From an uncultured Burkholderia sp. (GTDB taxonomy: Bacteria > Pseudomonadota > Gammaproteobacteria > Burkholderiales > Burkholderiaceae), in contig CAYRLJ010000003.1 of the NCBI GenBank assembly GCA_964425025.1, positions 2,962 through 66,961 on the forward strand: DNA of 64,000 nt. The letters are read 5' to 3'. Of this stretch, positions 38,059-48,071 are shown one piece after another. The notes beneath the pieces are model-generated. The model ran no database searches and was not told where the DNA came from. It worked only from the letters and a program-made list of their open reading frames with translations. The position numbers and the translations under genes were made by a program. How positions within the stretch are numbered: position 1 is the first letter of the stretch; the number at the start of each line of letters is the position of its first letter.

Positions 38059-39171
38059 TCAGGCCGAATCGGCCACGTGCCGGATAGGAATCACCGTGCG
38101 GGCGCCGCAGTTGCGCAATAAGTCTCGCAGTTCATTGATGACCGGGAACACCTCGTGATTCCAGTCGGCGCCTTGCTTGTCGTGGGCCTCTTGTTCGCGC
38201 TCGACGATCCAGCGGTCCTCTTTGAAAATGCGTTCGGTAAACCAAACCAGCAGCGGCCATGCGAGATCCAGCGCAAATGCAATGCCGGGCCGGCGGATCG
38301 ATAGCAGGCCGAACGTCCGGTTCGTGCGCTGCGCGGCGTCCAACGGCACGTACGCGATCCATAGGTCCATCACCAAGGTGCCGCTGCCGGAGCGGATTTG
38401 GAGGGTCTGATGAGGATAGCCGGTGCGCACCGTCATGATGTCCTTATCATCTTGGCCGCCGTCCCCCTTCTTGCCGCCACCGAACACGAGCGCTTCGCCC
38501 ACGGGCTGTTTGCCTTCCATGCGCGCGAACGTGTAGTCCACCTCCACCCAATCCTCGCCGCGACGGCGGCCCAGTGAGCGGGCACGCATCTGTCCCATCT
38601 GCCGGCGGTGCAGGAACTGATGGTTCATGTCCATCAGGTTCTCGTGCATAAAGGAGTAGTGGCACTTGACCTCGCGGCCGAAGCGGCGCGTCTTATATGC
38701 CTTGTCCTCCACCGATGGCAGCGCGGGCAGCGGCCGCTGTTCCGCCAGCGCCGCGTCGCCGGGAAAAACGAAGATCAGGCCGTGCGCTTCGCGGCAGGGG
38801 TAGGCCCGCACACCGTTAGGCAGGCGCTCCCGCCCGAGGTAAGGCACGTCGACGCAGCGGCCCGAACAGTCATAAGTCCAGCCGTGGTAGCCGCAGCGGA
38901 TGGACTCGCCGTCCACCACACCGGCATGTAGCGGCACCTGCCGATGTGCGCAACGATCTTCCAGTGCGAATACCGTTCCGGATTCGGTGCGCGCGAGCAC
39001 GATCGGATCGCCGGCGAAGTGGACGCCAAGGGTTTTGCCCCGCTTGACCTCTTTCGACCAGGCAAGGGGATACCAGTGATCGGGATGGATCGGGACACGG
39101 CGCAGGTCGCGCACCGGCGCGGTCGCGGCCGGGTCGATGACGCTGCTATCCGACAAAGGCACGGCATGCAT
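38059..39171 (-). CDS. Rieske non-heme iron oxygenase alpha subunit (VanA-like)
   Basis: Rieske motif CAH..CGYHGW; mononuclear iron motif ENLMDMNHQFLH. Confidence 0.92.
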   Translation of the reverse strand: MHAVPLSDSSVIDPAATAPVRDLRRVPIHPDHWYPLAWSKEVKRGKTLGVHFAGDPIVLARTESGTVFALEDRCAHRQVPLHAGVVDGESIRCGYHGWTYDCSGRCVDVPYLGRERLPNGVRAYPCREAHGLIFVFPGDAALAEQRPLPALPSVEDKAYKTRRFGREVKCHYSFMHENLMDMNHQFLHRRQMGQMRARSLGRRRGEDWVEVDYTFARMEGKQPVGEALVFGGGKKGDGGQDDKDIMTVRTGYPHQTLQIRSGSGTLVMDLWIAYVPLDAAQRTNRTFGLLSIRRPGIAFALDLAWPLLVWFTERIFKEDRWIVEREQEAHDKQGADWNHEVFPVINELRDLLRNCGARTVIPIRHVADSA

Positions 39172-39682
39172 GCGTGAGGCCTCCTTGCATAACGGGAGCT
39201 TCGACCGTCGTCACGAGCGGACGCGGTTAGCGAACGAGGATCTGGCGCAGTCTACGCCAAACTGGCGCACGACCGAAACTGCGCAGACGAATGACCGCAT
39301 CGTTGCGCGTGGCATGGCTGGAAGCCGGCCGTTTGGTTCGGGTTTCCTGCCGCCTGATCGAAAGGAGTTTGCCAGCCCGCGAGGGGGTAGGACCTCGCGC
39401 GTGCCGCGGGGCTAGCGCTGCATGGCTGGACAGACTAGCCAGGCGTACGATGTATCGGTTGACAACGTAGTGTGGGGGGCGTCATGAAAGCGGTGTGTCC
39501 GTTGCACGGGCCAACGACTATCGTCGGCACGAATGCCTATGGGTTCCCTATTTATGCCTGCTGCTGCGACGACCTGCCGTACAAAGCGCCGCCGGACGCA
39601 TGTACGCAAGAGCCGGTTCGGCGCGGATCCGACCCGAGGCAGCCGGTCCAACGGCCGAAGGCCAAAGAAGAGCAACGCTGAT

Positions 39683-40975
39683 TCAACTCGGTACGAACAC
39701 CCCGACCGACGCAATCGCCATCGCGATCGTTGCGAGCCATCCGCCCCATGCCAGCAGACCTCTGACGGCGAACTCGCCCATCACGCGCCGGCTTTGCGCC
39801 ATGAGCATGATGATGACCATAATCGGCACGGCCGTGACGCCGTTGATCACGGCGCTCCAGTACAGGGCTCGGATCGGATCGAAATGCATGAAGGTAATCG
39901 CTACGCCGCCGATGATGGACAACGCGATGACGGCATAGAACTGGCGCGCGAGCGTGAGATGCAGCGCGAGACTGCTGCGCCATTGGAAGCTGCCTGCGGC
40001 GGCATACGCGGCGGAGCCAGCGAGGACCGGAAGTGCGAGCAAACCGGTACCGATGATGCCCAATGCAAACAGCACGTACGCGAACTTACCGCCGATCGGC
40101 TCGAGCGCCTTTGCCGCATCCGCGGATGTCTTGACGTCGATGTGATGCAGATGGAGCGTCGCAGCCGCGGTGAGTACGATGAAGAACGCGATGACGTTTG
40201 ACACGCCCATGCCGACCCATGTGTCGAAGTTGATTCGGCGCAACTGCGCAGGCGCCTGATGAGGCACCCGACGCAATGGCTTTTGCCCAGGTTTTGACCG
40301 CATTTCCTCCACTTCCTGCGACGCTTGCCAGAAGAACAGATAGGGACTGATTGTGGTGCCGAGGACGGCCACCACCGTCGTTAGGTAGTCCGATGTCAGC
40401 GAGGCGTGGGGCAGGACGATGGCATGCGCAACGTCACCCCACCGCACCGGCACGATGAGCGCGACTGCCACATACGCCAGCAGGACCAGGGCCGTCCATT
40501 TTAGAAGCCGCGCATATTGCTCGTACGGAACGAAGATCTGGAGGCAGACCGATAGCCCGCCGAGAACGACAACATTGAGTTGCTGAGGAGTTCTAACCAA
40601 CATTTCGGTGGCCGCGCCCATCGCAGATAGGTCGGCGGCGATGTTGATCACGTTGGCGATGACGAGCAATAGTACTGCGCTGTAGAGCAGCCACCGGGGA
40701 TAATGCAAGCGCATGTTGGACGCGAGACCTTTACCCGTCACTCGTCCGACGCTGGCGCTCACGAGCTGAATCGCCGCCATGAGCGGGTAGGTCAGCAGCA
40801 GCGTCCAAAGCAGGTTATAGCCGAACTGCGCGCCGGCTTGCGAATACGTGCCGATTCCCGACGGATCGTCGTCGGCCGCGCCCGTGATCAGGCCTGGGCC
40901 GAGCCGTCGGATCCACGATCGCTCGACAGGGTCGGTGACCGCGCTTTCGGGTTCGGGAAAATGATCGTCGCTCAC
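39683..40975 (-). CDS. NRAMP-family divalent cation transporter
   Basis: GPGLITGAADDDPSG, GTTISPY; GTG start with AAGGAGG RBS. Confidence 0.9.
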   Translation of the reverse strand: MSDDHFPEPESAVTDPVERSWIRRLGPGLITGAADDDPSGIGTYSQAGAQFGYNLLWTLLLTYPLMAAIQLVSASVGRVTGKGLASNMRLHYPRWLLYSAVLLLVIANVINIAADLSAMGAATEMLVRTPQQLNVVVLGGLSVCLQIFVPYEQYARLLKWTALVLLAYVAVALIVPVRWGDVAHAIVLPHASLTSDYLTTVVAVLGTTISPYLFFWQASQEVEEMRSKPGQKPLRRVPHQAPAQLRRINFDTWVGMGVSNVIAFFIVLTAAATLHLHHIDVKTSADAAKALEPIGGKFAYVLFALGIIGTGLLALPVLAGSAAYAAAGSFQWRSSLALHLTLARQFYAVIALSIIGGVAITFMHFDPIRALYWSAVINGVTAVPIMVIIMLMAQSRRVMGEFAVRGLLAWGGWLATIAMAIASVGVFVPS

Positions 40976-41110
40976 GCGTACCTCCTTGAACGGAGGGGGT
41001 ACTGCAATTGTTGGGCCTATTGTGCGAACCGGTCTGTTCAATCAACATCGAAGCCCAGTGGGTAAGAGTTACCCGGCATGGCGCGTACCGAGGCTTGTTT
41101 GGAGCGCCGC

Positions 41111-42070
41111 TCAATCGCAACGGACGGCGCGCCGAATCGGCACAGTCTCGCGATGATTGAGGCGTTGCCGGCCCATTTCCAACAAAGCGATGCTGCCGAC
41201 GATCAGCGATACGGCGAAGGCTTCCAACGGGCCGACTCGTTCGCCGGCAGCCCAACCGATCGAGAGCGCGACAACGGGCGTGATGTAAATGGCCCCTGCA
41301 GCAGCCAAGGCGCCTAGCTTCTGAAGGAGGAAGTAGTAAAGGACAAACGATGCGCCGGTACCGAGCAAGCCCAGCCCGAATGCCAGGGCGGCAGCGGCGC
41401 GCCAACTGTGCAGTATTTGTCCGATCCCGCCGAGATCGGTCAAGACGAGCAGCATCAGGAACGCGAGACCCATCTGCCAGGTCGCGATCGCTAGAGGCGC
41501 GATGTCGATCGAGGAAAGGAAACGCCGAACATAAATGTACGACAGCCCGAAAACGACGGTCCCCGACATTATCCATGCGACGCCAACCAAATTGATCGCA
41601 TCGCCCGCGCCGGTGCTCGCCCATGGGCGGCTAATCAGTGCGATGCCGGCCAGGCCCAACGCCACACTGCCGAGCATCAGCCGGTTCATTTTCTCGTTGG
41701 GTAAAAAGAGAGCCGATGCAATGGCGGTGAACAATGGCGGCGATGCGCCCAGGACGCCGGCAATACCGGACGGAAGCAGTGCCGTGCCCTTTGCCGTGGC
41801 GAAGTAAGAGAAGGCTGTCGCCAGTGCCGCCATCACGGCGAAGTGATGCAGATGGCGCACTTGGCGAAGCGCGAGCACGCGCTTGTGCCACGCAAGCGCC
41901 GCCAAGGGAGCAAAACCGAAAAAGACACGCAGAAGCGATATTTGCCCTGGACTGATGATCGCGGCCGCCCATTTCATATAGATGAAATTCGATCCCCAGA
42001 ACAGGCCGAGGAGCACGAAGGCGGTATAGATCCGTTTCAAGGCGCTATCCAGAGCAGTTATCGTTATCAA
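41111..42070 (-). CDS. DMT/EamA-family transporter
   Basis: About ten TM helices; FWGSNF motif; start uncertain. Confidence 0.88.
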   Translation of the reverse strand: MITITALDSALKRIYTAFVLLGLFWGSNFIYMKWAAAIISPGQISLLRVFFGFAPLAALAWHKRVLALRQVRHLHHFAVMAALATAFSYFATAKGTALLPSGIAGVLGASPPLFTAIASALFLPNEKMNRLMLGSVALGLAGIALISRPWASTGAGDAINLVGVAWIMSGTVVFGLSYIYVRRFLSSIDIAPLAIATWQMGLAFLMLLVLTDLGGIGQILHSWRAAAALAFGLGLLGTGASFVLYYFLLQKLGALAAAGAIYITPVVALSIGWAAGERVGPLEAFAVSLIVGSIALLEMGRQRLNHRETVPIRRAVRCD

Positions 42071-42136
42071 CGCTTTTCAGTGTCAGTGACGCCGATTGGA
42101 ATCGTCAACGGCACATATTTTCACGCTCGTATGACT

Positions 42137-42994
42137 TTATGTTATGCGGCCGACGCGACTGCTCTTGACGCCGATGTCGAGAGGCGTTCGCGTCGCCACG
42201 ATGAACAGCCTCGGAAACGGCAGTAACACCGTGCCGTCATAGAGCGCCGGATAGCTGGTTGCAACCGCATCGCGGTAACGCGCGAGGAAATCCTTTCGCT
42301 CATCATCGTTCAGCGCTGCAAGAAACGGTCGAAGCCCGCTTCCTTTGAACCATTCGACCACCGCGTCGGCACCGCCGCGAAGCGGATGATAGTAAGTCGT
42401 GCGCCATACATCCACGCGTGAACAAAGCGGCGAGAGCAGTGCGTAGTAGCGACGCGCATCGAATCGCTCGGTACGCGCCGCTCCTTTCAATTTGTCCGCC
42501 CATGGCCCTGCTTCCGCGATTTCACGCATGAGCCGATGTGCCGGTTCGTCGAGATTGTCCGGCATCTGCACCGCGAGGTGCCCGCCATGCGCCAGCTTGC
42601 CGACTATCCTCGGAAACAGCGTCTCGTGCGCGGGCACCCATTGCAGCGTCGCGTTCGAGAGAATCAAATCGTACGGGCCAGGGTCGTCCCACGTAGTGAG
42701 ATCCGCCACGTCGAAATGGATGTCTGGCAGACGCTTGCGCGCCGCTTCGATCATGTCAGCCGATGTATCGAGCCCACGAATCTGCGCACCCGGGGCCCGC
42801 GCCGCCAAGGCCTCGGTCGAATTACCCGGACCGCACCCGAGGTCGATCGCCGTGCGGATCGTTGTTGGTGGGACGGCCGCCAGCAAGTCCATGACCGGGC
42901 GCGTGCGTTCGTTCTCGAATTGCACGTATTGCGCGCTTTCGAATTGCGCAAACTGTTTGGCATGTTGGCCGAGAGGGTCCGTCACGATGTACAT
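42137..42994 (-). CDS. tam: Trans-aconitate 2-methyltransferase
   Basis: QFENERTRP..DLGCGPGNST, NATLQWVP, QMPDN, FPRLF. Confidence 0.92.
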   Translation of the reverse strand: MYIVTDPLGQHAKQFAQFESAQYVQFENERTRPVMDLLAAVPPTTIRTAIDLGCGPGNSTEALAARAPGAQIRGLDTSADMIEAARKRLPDIHFDVADLTTWDDPGPYDLILSNATLQWVPAHETLFPRIVGKLAHGGHLAVQMPDNLDEPAHRLMREIAEAGPWADKLKGAARTERFDARRYYALLSPLCSRVDVWRTTYYHPLRGGADAVVEWFKGSGLRPFLAALNDDERKDFLARYRDAVATSYPALYDGTVLLPFPRLFIVATRTPLDIGVKSSRVGRIT

Positions 42995-43045
42995 CCTCGT
43001 CGAGTAGAGCGATAAGCCGAAGTTTGCCAGACGCGCGGCGTGACT

Positions 43046-43876
43046 TCAAAACCGATACGATGCCGCAAGGAACGTGATGATCGGATCGGCTCGGAGTTTC
43101 GCTTTGCTGACGGCGAGCAATGTGCCGTCGGCGGCCTTGATGTCGGTCTCGGCATACGTCTTCAGCGGCATATAGGACACCGAGGCGTTGACTTGCCAAT
43201 GCTTGGTGAGCGCGTAGCTGGCGCCGATGTTGAAGATCGGCGTCCACGACGAAGTCGACTTCGCGGAGATGCTGGTCGGCCCCGGTTTGCCGGCACCGGC
43301 TGCGAGGATGCTGCCAAGATTTTCGTTGAGCGATTGGGAGAAGTACGGGTTGAGCTGGAATGAGTTGAACCAGCTATAGGTGAGGCCGACCCCGAGGAAC
43401 GGCCGAAACTTCGACTCGGCCTTGCCGAAGAAATACTGGAGCATCGCGCCGGCCGTCCATTGGCGTACTCTTCCGACGAGCGGATTGTTCGAGGGCTCGT
43501 TCAGGTTTTCCCGGCCCAGCGCGCCCGCGGGCCCCGGCGGTTGAATCACGCCATAACCGCTGATTTGAAATTCGGGCGGGACGCCCCCCATGGCCGTCAG
43601 CGCGAAGTGATCGGTAAAGAAATGGCTGAACGTGAGCCCGAGCGTATTCGCGTTGCTGACAGCCAGCCCTGTTCCTGTCGACGTGAACGCTGAGGGCAGC
43701 CCGAGCGGACCATTGATCGATACCGGCGCGACGTGCGTGGTCAACGGATCGCTTGAATACTGCGGCGCGATATGAAACCAGCCCAGCGAGACGACGTTGT
43801 CGCCCGCATGCTGCGCGTAGGCTCCCGTTGAGACGCAAACGGCGACGAGCGGTGCGAATAGTGTGTTCATCCTCAT
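43046..43876 (-). CDS. OmpW/AlkL-family outer membrane beta-barrel
   Basis: Signal peptide; FTDHFA, QYFFG..FRPFLGVG, DP..SYRF terminal Phe. Confidence 0.88.
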   Translation of the reverse strand: MRMNTLFAPLVAVCVSTGAYAQHAGDNVVSLGWFHIAPQYSSDPLTTHVAPVSINGPLGLPSAFTSTGTGLAVSNANTLGLTFSHFFTDHFALTAMGGVPPEFQISGYGVIQPPGPAGALGRENLNEPSNNPLVGRVRQWTAGAMLQYFFGKAESKFRPFLGVGLTYSWFNSFQLNPYFSQSLNENLGSILAAGAGKPGPTSISAKSTSSWTPIFNIGASYALTKHWQVNASVSYMPLKTYAETDIKAADGTLLAVSKAKLRADPIITFLAASYRF

Positions 43877-43906
43877 GTTTTTTCCCCGTCCTTGTTTGTT
43901 ATCCGA

Positions 43907-45193
43907 TCACTGGACGAATGCGCTCACCGCGAAGTAAGGTGCGCTCGGATCCGACGTATCGAGGTATCCGATCGTGCCGCCCGTGAAAATCATCTTGCCG
44001 GCCGGCGCCGTGCCCGGTGCGCCCGCTGCGTCCACCGTACCCGCCGTACCCGCCGCGCCTTTCGTCGTGACGAGCCCGGCGAGCGATTGCGTGTAGTCGA
44101 GATCGAGCGCTGTCGCCAGCGACGCCTGCGAGGCGTTGAACGGATCGAGCATGGTCGCTTGCGTATTCATGAGCGCCGTCGTGCGGTAGGCGAAATTGCT
44201 ATCGACGCCAACGTACTCGCCGTTTTGCGAACCAACGGCGACGTTCGCTTGTGGCGCAAGCATGGCGATACCCGATTCGTCGTCCGCGAGCGGCGTCTTT
44301 GGCGGCGCGCCGGGCGGCGATACGATCGACGGGTCGGCCGCACCCACGCGGATCAGGATCGGCACCAACTCGCCGCGCAGCTTGCCGACGATCAAGACGC
44401 CCCGTGCTTGTGGGCCGTTCACGGCTTGCGTCGGCGCTACCTGCCCAGTGAAACGGTGGGTTTCGAACGTCGGCGAATCGTTACGCGCGGCGAAGTCCGT
44501 TCCCGATTGGCGACATTGCCCCGCGTAGAGCCCACTGTTGTCGCATTCCGTGAAGCTGCCATCGGCATTGATCGTGAAGTTGGCGTCGACGGCGATGGAC
44601 GCGAAGTTTTGCGACGGCACCTTGTGATAGCCGAGCATCGAATACTTGCCGGCGATCTCGCTTAGATTCGTCGACGTTTGCGCGAACGCGATGAACGGGT
44701 AGTAGGGAAACGTCGTATCGGGCACGGCGCCCACGCCAGCCACACCGGCGAACGAAATTTCCGCCCCGGGTATCGTGCCGCCCAGCACCCCCTCGCCGAG
44801 GAAGACGCGCGCGGGGCGCGCCGGGTCGAGGCTCGCATGGTTCAATCGGAACGCGCATTGATTGAGCTTGGTCGTCGGCAGCAGTGTCTCTTGCGCCATC
44901 GTGCCGGACACGACGTTGTAAGGCGCCGACGAGCGAGTCGGCAACACGGTGCCTCGTGTCACGGGTACCGGCGAGGCGAGGTAGCTGATCTTGTAGGTCA
45001 TCGCCATGGTATCGATCTGAATTTGAACAAGCTCGCCCGAGCCGGCGCCACCGGTGAACACGGTGTGGTAGTCGATCGCTTGCGGACATAGCCGCGTCGC
45101 GACAGGAGCGGGAGGATCGCCACCGTCGCTGCCGCCACAGGCGGACAGCACAACGGCGGCCAGCGCGAACGAGAGCAAACTACGCCAGATCAT
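43907..45193 (-). CDS. Lipoprotein of unknown function (DUF2957-like)
   Basis: Lipobox LSAC-GG; LCP..DY.T.FTGG.GSGE and C-terminal AFVQ shared with 45935-47539. Confidence 0.8.
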   Translation of the reverse strand: MIWRSLLSFALAAVVLSACGGSDGGDPPAPVATRLCPQAIDYHTVFTGGAGSGELVQIQIDTMAMTYKISYLASPVPVTRGTVLPTRSSAPYNVVSGTMAQETLLPTTKLNQCAFRLNHASLDPARPARVFLGEGVLGGTIPGAEISFAGVAGVGAVPDTTFPYYPFIAFAQTSTNLSEIAGKYSMLGYHKVPSQNFASIAVDANFTINADGSFTECDNSGLYAGQCRQSGTDFAARNDSPTFETHRFTGQVAPTQAVNGPQARGVLIVGKLRGELVPILIRVGAADPSIVSPPGAPPKTPLADDESGIAMLAPQANVAVGSQNGEYVGVDSNFAYRTTALMNTQATMLDPFNASQASLATALDLDYTQSLAGLVTTKGAAGTAGTVDAAGAPGTAPAGKMIFTGGTIGYLDTSDPSAPYFAVSAFVQ

Positions 45194-45308
45194 AAGGAGT
45201 CCCAAATAAAATGTTCTGAACGGAAACCGGCGCGTCGAGCGGCCGGTATTGGAATGCTGAAGTGTGGAAGCCCGGATGAGATCGGCTTCGTCCATCGACT
45301 TCGTCGAC

Positions 45309-45334
45309 GCGCCCGCGCCTCGTCGGGCGGGCGC
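45309..45334 (-). terminator. GC-rich intergenic hairpin (possible terminator or mRNA stabiliser)
   Basis: GCGCCCGC-N10-GCGGGCGC downstream of the 158 aa gene; no clear U tract. Confidence 0.35.
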
Positions 45335-45370
45335 GCTTGATGCCACGGCCCGTCAGCCGCGGTTAGCGGG

Positions 45371-45847
45371 TTAGCGGACTCTCAGGAACGGCGTCGTTGT
45401 GAGCGAGCCGGATACTTTGCAACTACCCGAGAGGGGGGCATCCACGAGATCGATCGTCGTTTCTCTCGCCGTCACGTTCTCCTTGACGCTCGCCTTGATC
45501 GAACTCGGGCCACAGCCGCCCAGGGGCGTGTTGACGGCAACGCCATCGAGCGAGAGGCCCGTGGTCGAAGTCAGTTGGCCTTTCCAGGGCAACTTGTCTG
45601 CCGTAACGGCCGAGCATAGTGCCTGACCGGCGAACTTGGCCGACGTGATGGCGATATCCCCCGCGCCGGTGATGGTGCCGACCAGCGTGGTCGTGCAACC
45701 GAGCGGTGTGTTCGACTTCACCAGTGTCGTCGCACCCTCCAAACTAATCGGGCCTGCAGGAATCACCGTCACGGCGAAAGCCGGAGCCGAAGCCGCTGCA
45801 AACAACGCCAACGCCGCACCGACGGGGATGAGCTTGAAACGCTTCAT
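45371..45847 (-). CDS. Small secreted beta-rich protein, PraA/PraB (alkane oxidation activator)-like
   Basis: Signal peptide, four Cys, LPW and CGP motifs; 158 aa. Confidence 0.7.
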   Translation of the reverse strand: MKRFKLIPVGAALALFAAASAPAFAVTVIPAGPISLEGATTLVKSNTPLGCTTTLVGTITGAGDIAITSAKFAGQALCSAVTADKLPWKGQLTSTTGLSLDGVAVNTPLGGCGPSSIKASVKENVTARETTIDLVDAPLSGSCKVSGSLTTTPFLRVR

Positions 45848-45934
45848 ATTGAGAACCTCTCATCAGGTTAAAGGCTGAAAATGGGATGGCAGCCGGCTGG
45901 CGCCGCCGACCGCCTTCGTGAAGCCTTACCGCAG

Positions 45935-47539
45935 CTACTGGACGAACGCGCCAATCGTGAAGAAGGGGTTCGGCAGGCCGGTGCCGTTCATGAGCATCGC
46001 GTACACGGGGCCGACCTTGATCAGGTAGCCGGTATCGCCCGCTTTGAAGACGCTCGCGGGACCGGATTCGAAGCGGTTTTGCGCAGCGACTTTCACGAGC
46101 CCGGGCTGCGTTTGCGTGTAGTCCAATGCGAAGTTCGTGGCCGCGGTGGAGGTGAACGGATCGAGGAAAGCCGCGCTCGTGCCTTCAAAGATCGTCGACG
46201 TGTAATTGACGCCCGGATTCACGGTGGTCGTATCGTCGAGGCAAGCGCCCTCATAGATTGGCGGAGATGTCGAGGTGGGCGCGTAGGCGCTCACGAGGCC
46301 GCACGCCGTCACGCTGTTGGCGCCGATGAACGCGCCCGTCAACGATGTGGGATCGACCTTTTGCGCGCGCGCGAGCAACGAAATGCCGAGTTGATCGTCG
46401 ACGGACGAATTCAAAAGATTGGTGCCCGAATGCGCATAGCCGACGCGAATGACGACCGGGATCACTTGGCCGTTCAATTCGCCGGCGATCATGATTCCAT
46501 GTGCTTGGTTCCCCGCGAACACCGATTGAAGCTGTCCCGCGCCTGCATCGGGGTAGATGTTGCCAAGCCCGTTATTGATGTTCGCCGCGCTGGTGAACAC
46601 GTTGTCCGCGGAGCCGTCGGCGTTCGTTCGCCGCGTCCAGTTGCCGCCCGTCGTCGGACACGATGTGTACGATTGCCCGCTATCGGGCGTGCACGACCCG
46701 TCGGCATTCATCGTTTCGGTTAGCTGTATGCCATCGACTTGCCACCCGAGGGGTTCGCCGAGCGGGTTCGCTGCGGTCGTTTGCAAGGTACCGCCCGAGG
46801 GCGTGAAATGAATGCCGAGCTCGTTGTAGCGGCCCGCTACCTTCGAAAAATCCGTGACGGTTTGGCTGAATGCGACAAACGGGTAATAGTCGAACGTCTT
46901 GCCGGGCACGGTCGCCACGGTTAAGCCGGGTGCGATCTGCACGCCGTCGAACTGCACCGTCGATCCGGGAATGCCGCCGCCCACGATTCCGTTGCCGACG
47001 AACAGCATCGGCGGATCGTTCGGATTGATCGCGATCTTGTAAGCGCCGTCGGCCGTCTGACCGTTCTCGAGTACGAAGGCGCAGCGGTTTTGCTCTGCTG
47101 TCGGTAGCTTGAGCGGTGCGATGCGGGAGCCTTGCGCGTTCGGAATTCGATAGAGGTCGGCGTTTTCGTATCCGCCCGTGATCGTGAGCCCTGCGCGCGT
47201 CGTATTGACCTGCCCCGCAGAGGTTGGCACTTCCGATTCGACGAACGTCATTTGGTACTGCTTCTTCGACGTATCGAACTTGACCTTGATGTACTCGCCG
47301 CTGCCCGAGCCGCCGGTAAACGTCGTACCGTAGTCGAGCGACGCCGGACACAGCGCCTTCGGATTCGATGGCCGGGTCATCGCGCCCGAGTTCGAGCACG
47401 TATCACTCGTGCAGGATGCACTTGCGATCGGTGCGGGGTCGTCCGTTCCCCCGCCGCCGCATCCGCTGGACAGTAGCGCGACGGCCAGAGCGCTGGCCGC
47501 CACGGCAAAAATGGATCGAATGCGCGCGGTATGCGCCAT
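45935..47539 (-). CDS. Lipoprotein of unknown function (DUF2957-like), paralog of 43907-45193
   Basis: Lipobox SSGC-GGG; LCPASLDYGTTFTGGSGSGE, YYPFVAF, C-terminal GAFVQ. Confidence 0.8.
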   Translation of the reverse strand: MAHTARIRSIFAVAASALAVALLSSGCGGGGTDDPAPIASASCTSDTCSNSGAMTRPSNPKALCPASLDYGTTFTGGSGSGEYIKVKFDTSKKQYQMTFVESEVPTSAGQVNTTRAGLTITGGYENADLYRIPNAQGSRIAPLKLPTAEQNRCAFVLENGQTADGAYKIAINPNDPPMLFVGNGIVGGGIPGSTVQFDGVQIAPGLTVATVPGKTFDYYPFVAFSQTVTDFSKVAGRYNELGIHFTPSGGTLQTTAANPLGEPLGWQVDGIQLTETMNADGSCTPDSGQSYTSCPTTGGNWTRRTNADGSADNVFTSAANINNGLGNIYPDAGAGQLQSVFAGNQAHGIMIAGELNGQVIPVVIRVGYAHSGTNLLNSSVDDQLGISLLARAQKVDPTSLTGAFIGANSVTACGLVSAYAPTSTSPPIYEGACLDDTTTVNPGVNYTSTIFEGTSAAFLDPFTSTAATNFALDYTQTQPGLVKVAAQNRFESGPASVFKAGDTGYLIKVGPVYAMLMNGTGLPNPFFTIGAFVQ

Positions 47540-48071
47540 GGTTGTCTCCTGTTATCCCTTGCTTCGCAGTCGGAAAAGGCCAGCGCTTCAACTGTCGACG
47601 AGAACCAGTGCTTAAAAACGGCATTCCGGCTTTAGGCAAAGCACTCGCTACGATCCCCGCTCGGGCCGCAATGAGAATGGGTGAATATTTGCCGTTATTC
47701 GGCATATCGGTGGCAGCGGGCGTTACCTTACGGGCGTCTCTCGATTCGTGTAAATAGAGACGCCGATCCAAACGGGCTTTTATATTTTTATTAATGAATA
47801 CGCGTACTTGGACGTGCGTTTGAAACGGAGTGCTATATCGAATCGCACTCGATTCCGATGCGCCTTGAGTGAATACTTTTGAGAGAGATGTGCGATGCGT
47901 CGTTTGAACGATGAGCCGAACGCAGGCAGGCTACGCCGATGCGATGCCGATCGCATGAACGAAGATTCGAAGCGGTCGAGCGATGCACTATCGATGGATG
48001 TCTATCTCATATTTATGCATGTTTAATGCATTCGCATGAATAGAGTGCGTGTGGATTCGCTGGTAATGAAG

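Noticed and set aside
47634-47728. c-di-GMP-I riboswitch-like words (GGCAAA..GGGCCGCAA..GGCAGCGGGCGTTACC)
   Set aside because: On the strand opposite the downstream gene, and lacking the GNRA-capped P2 stem
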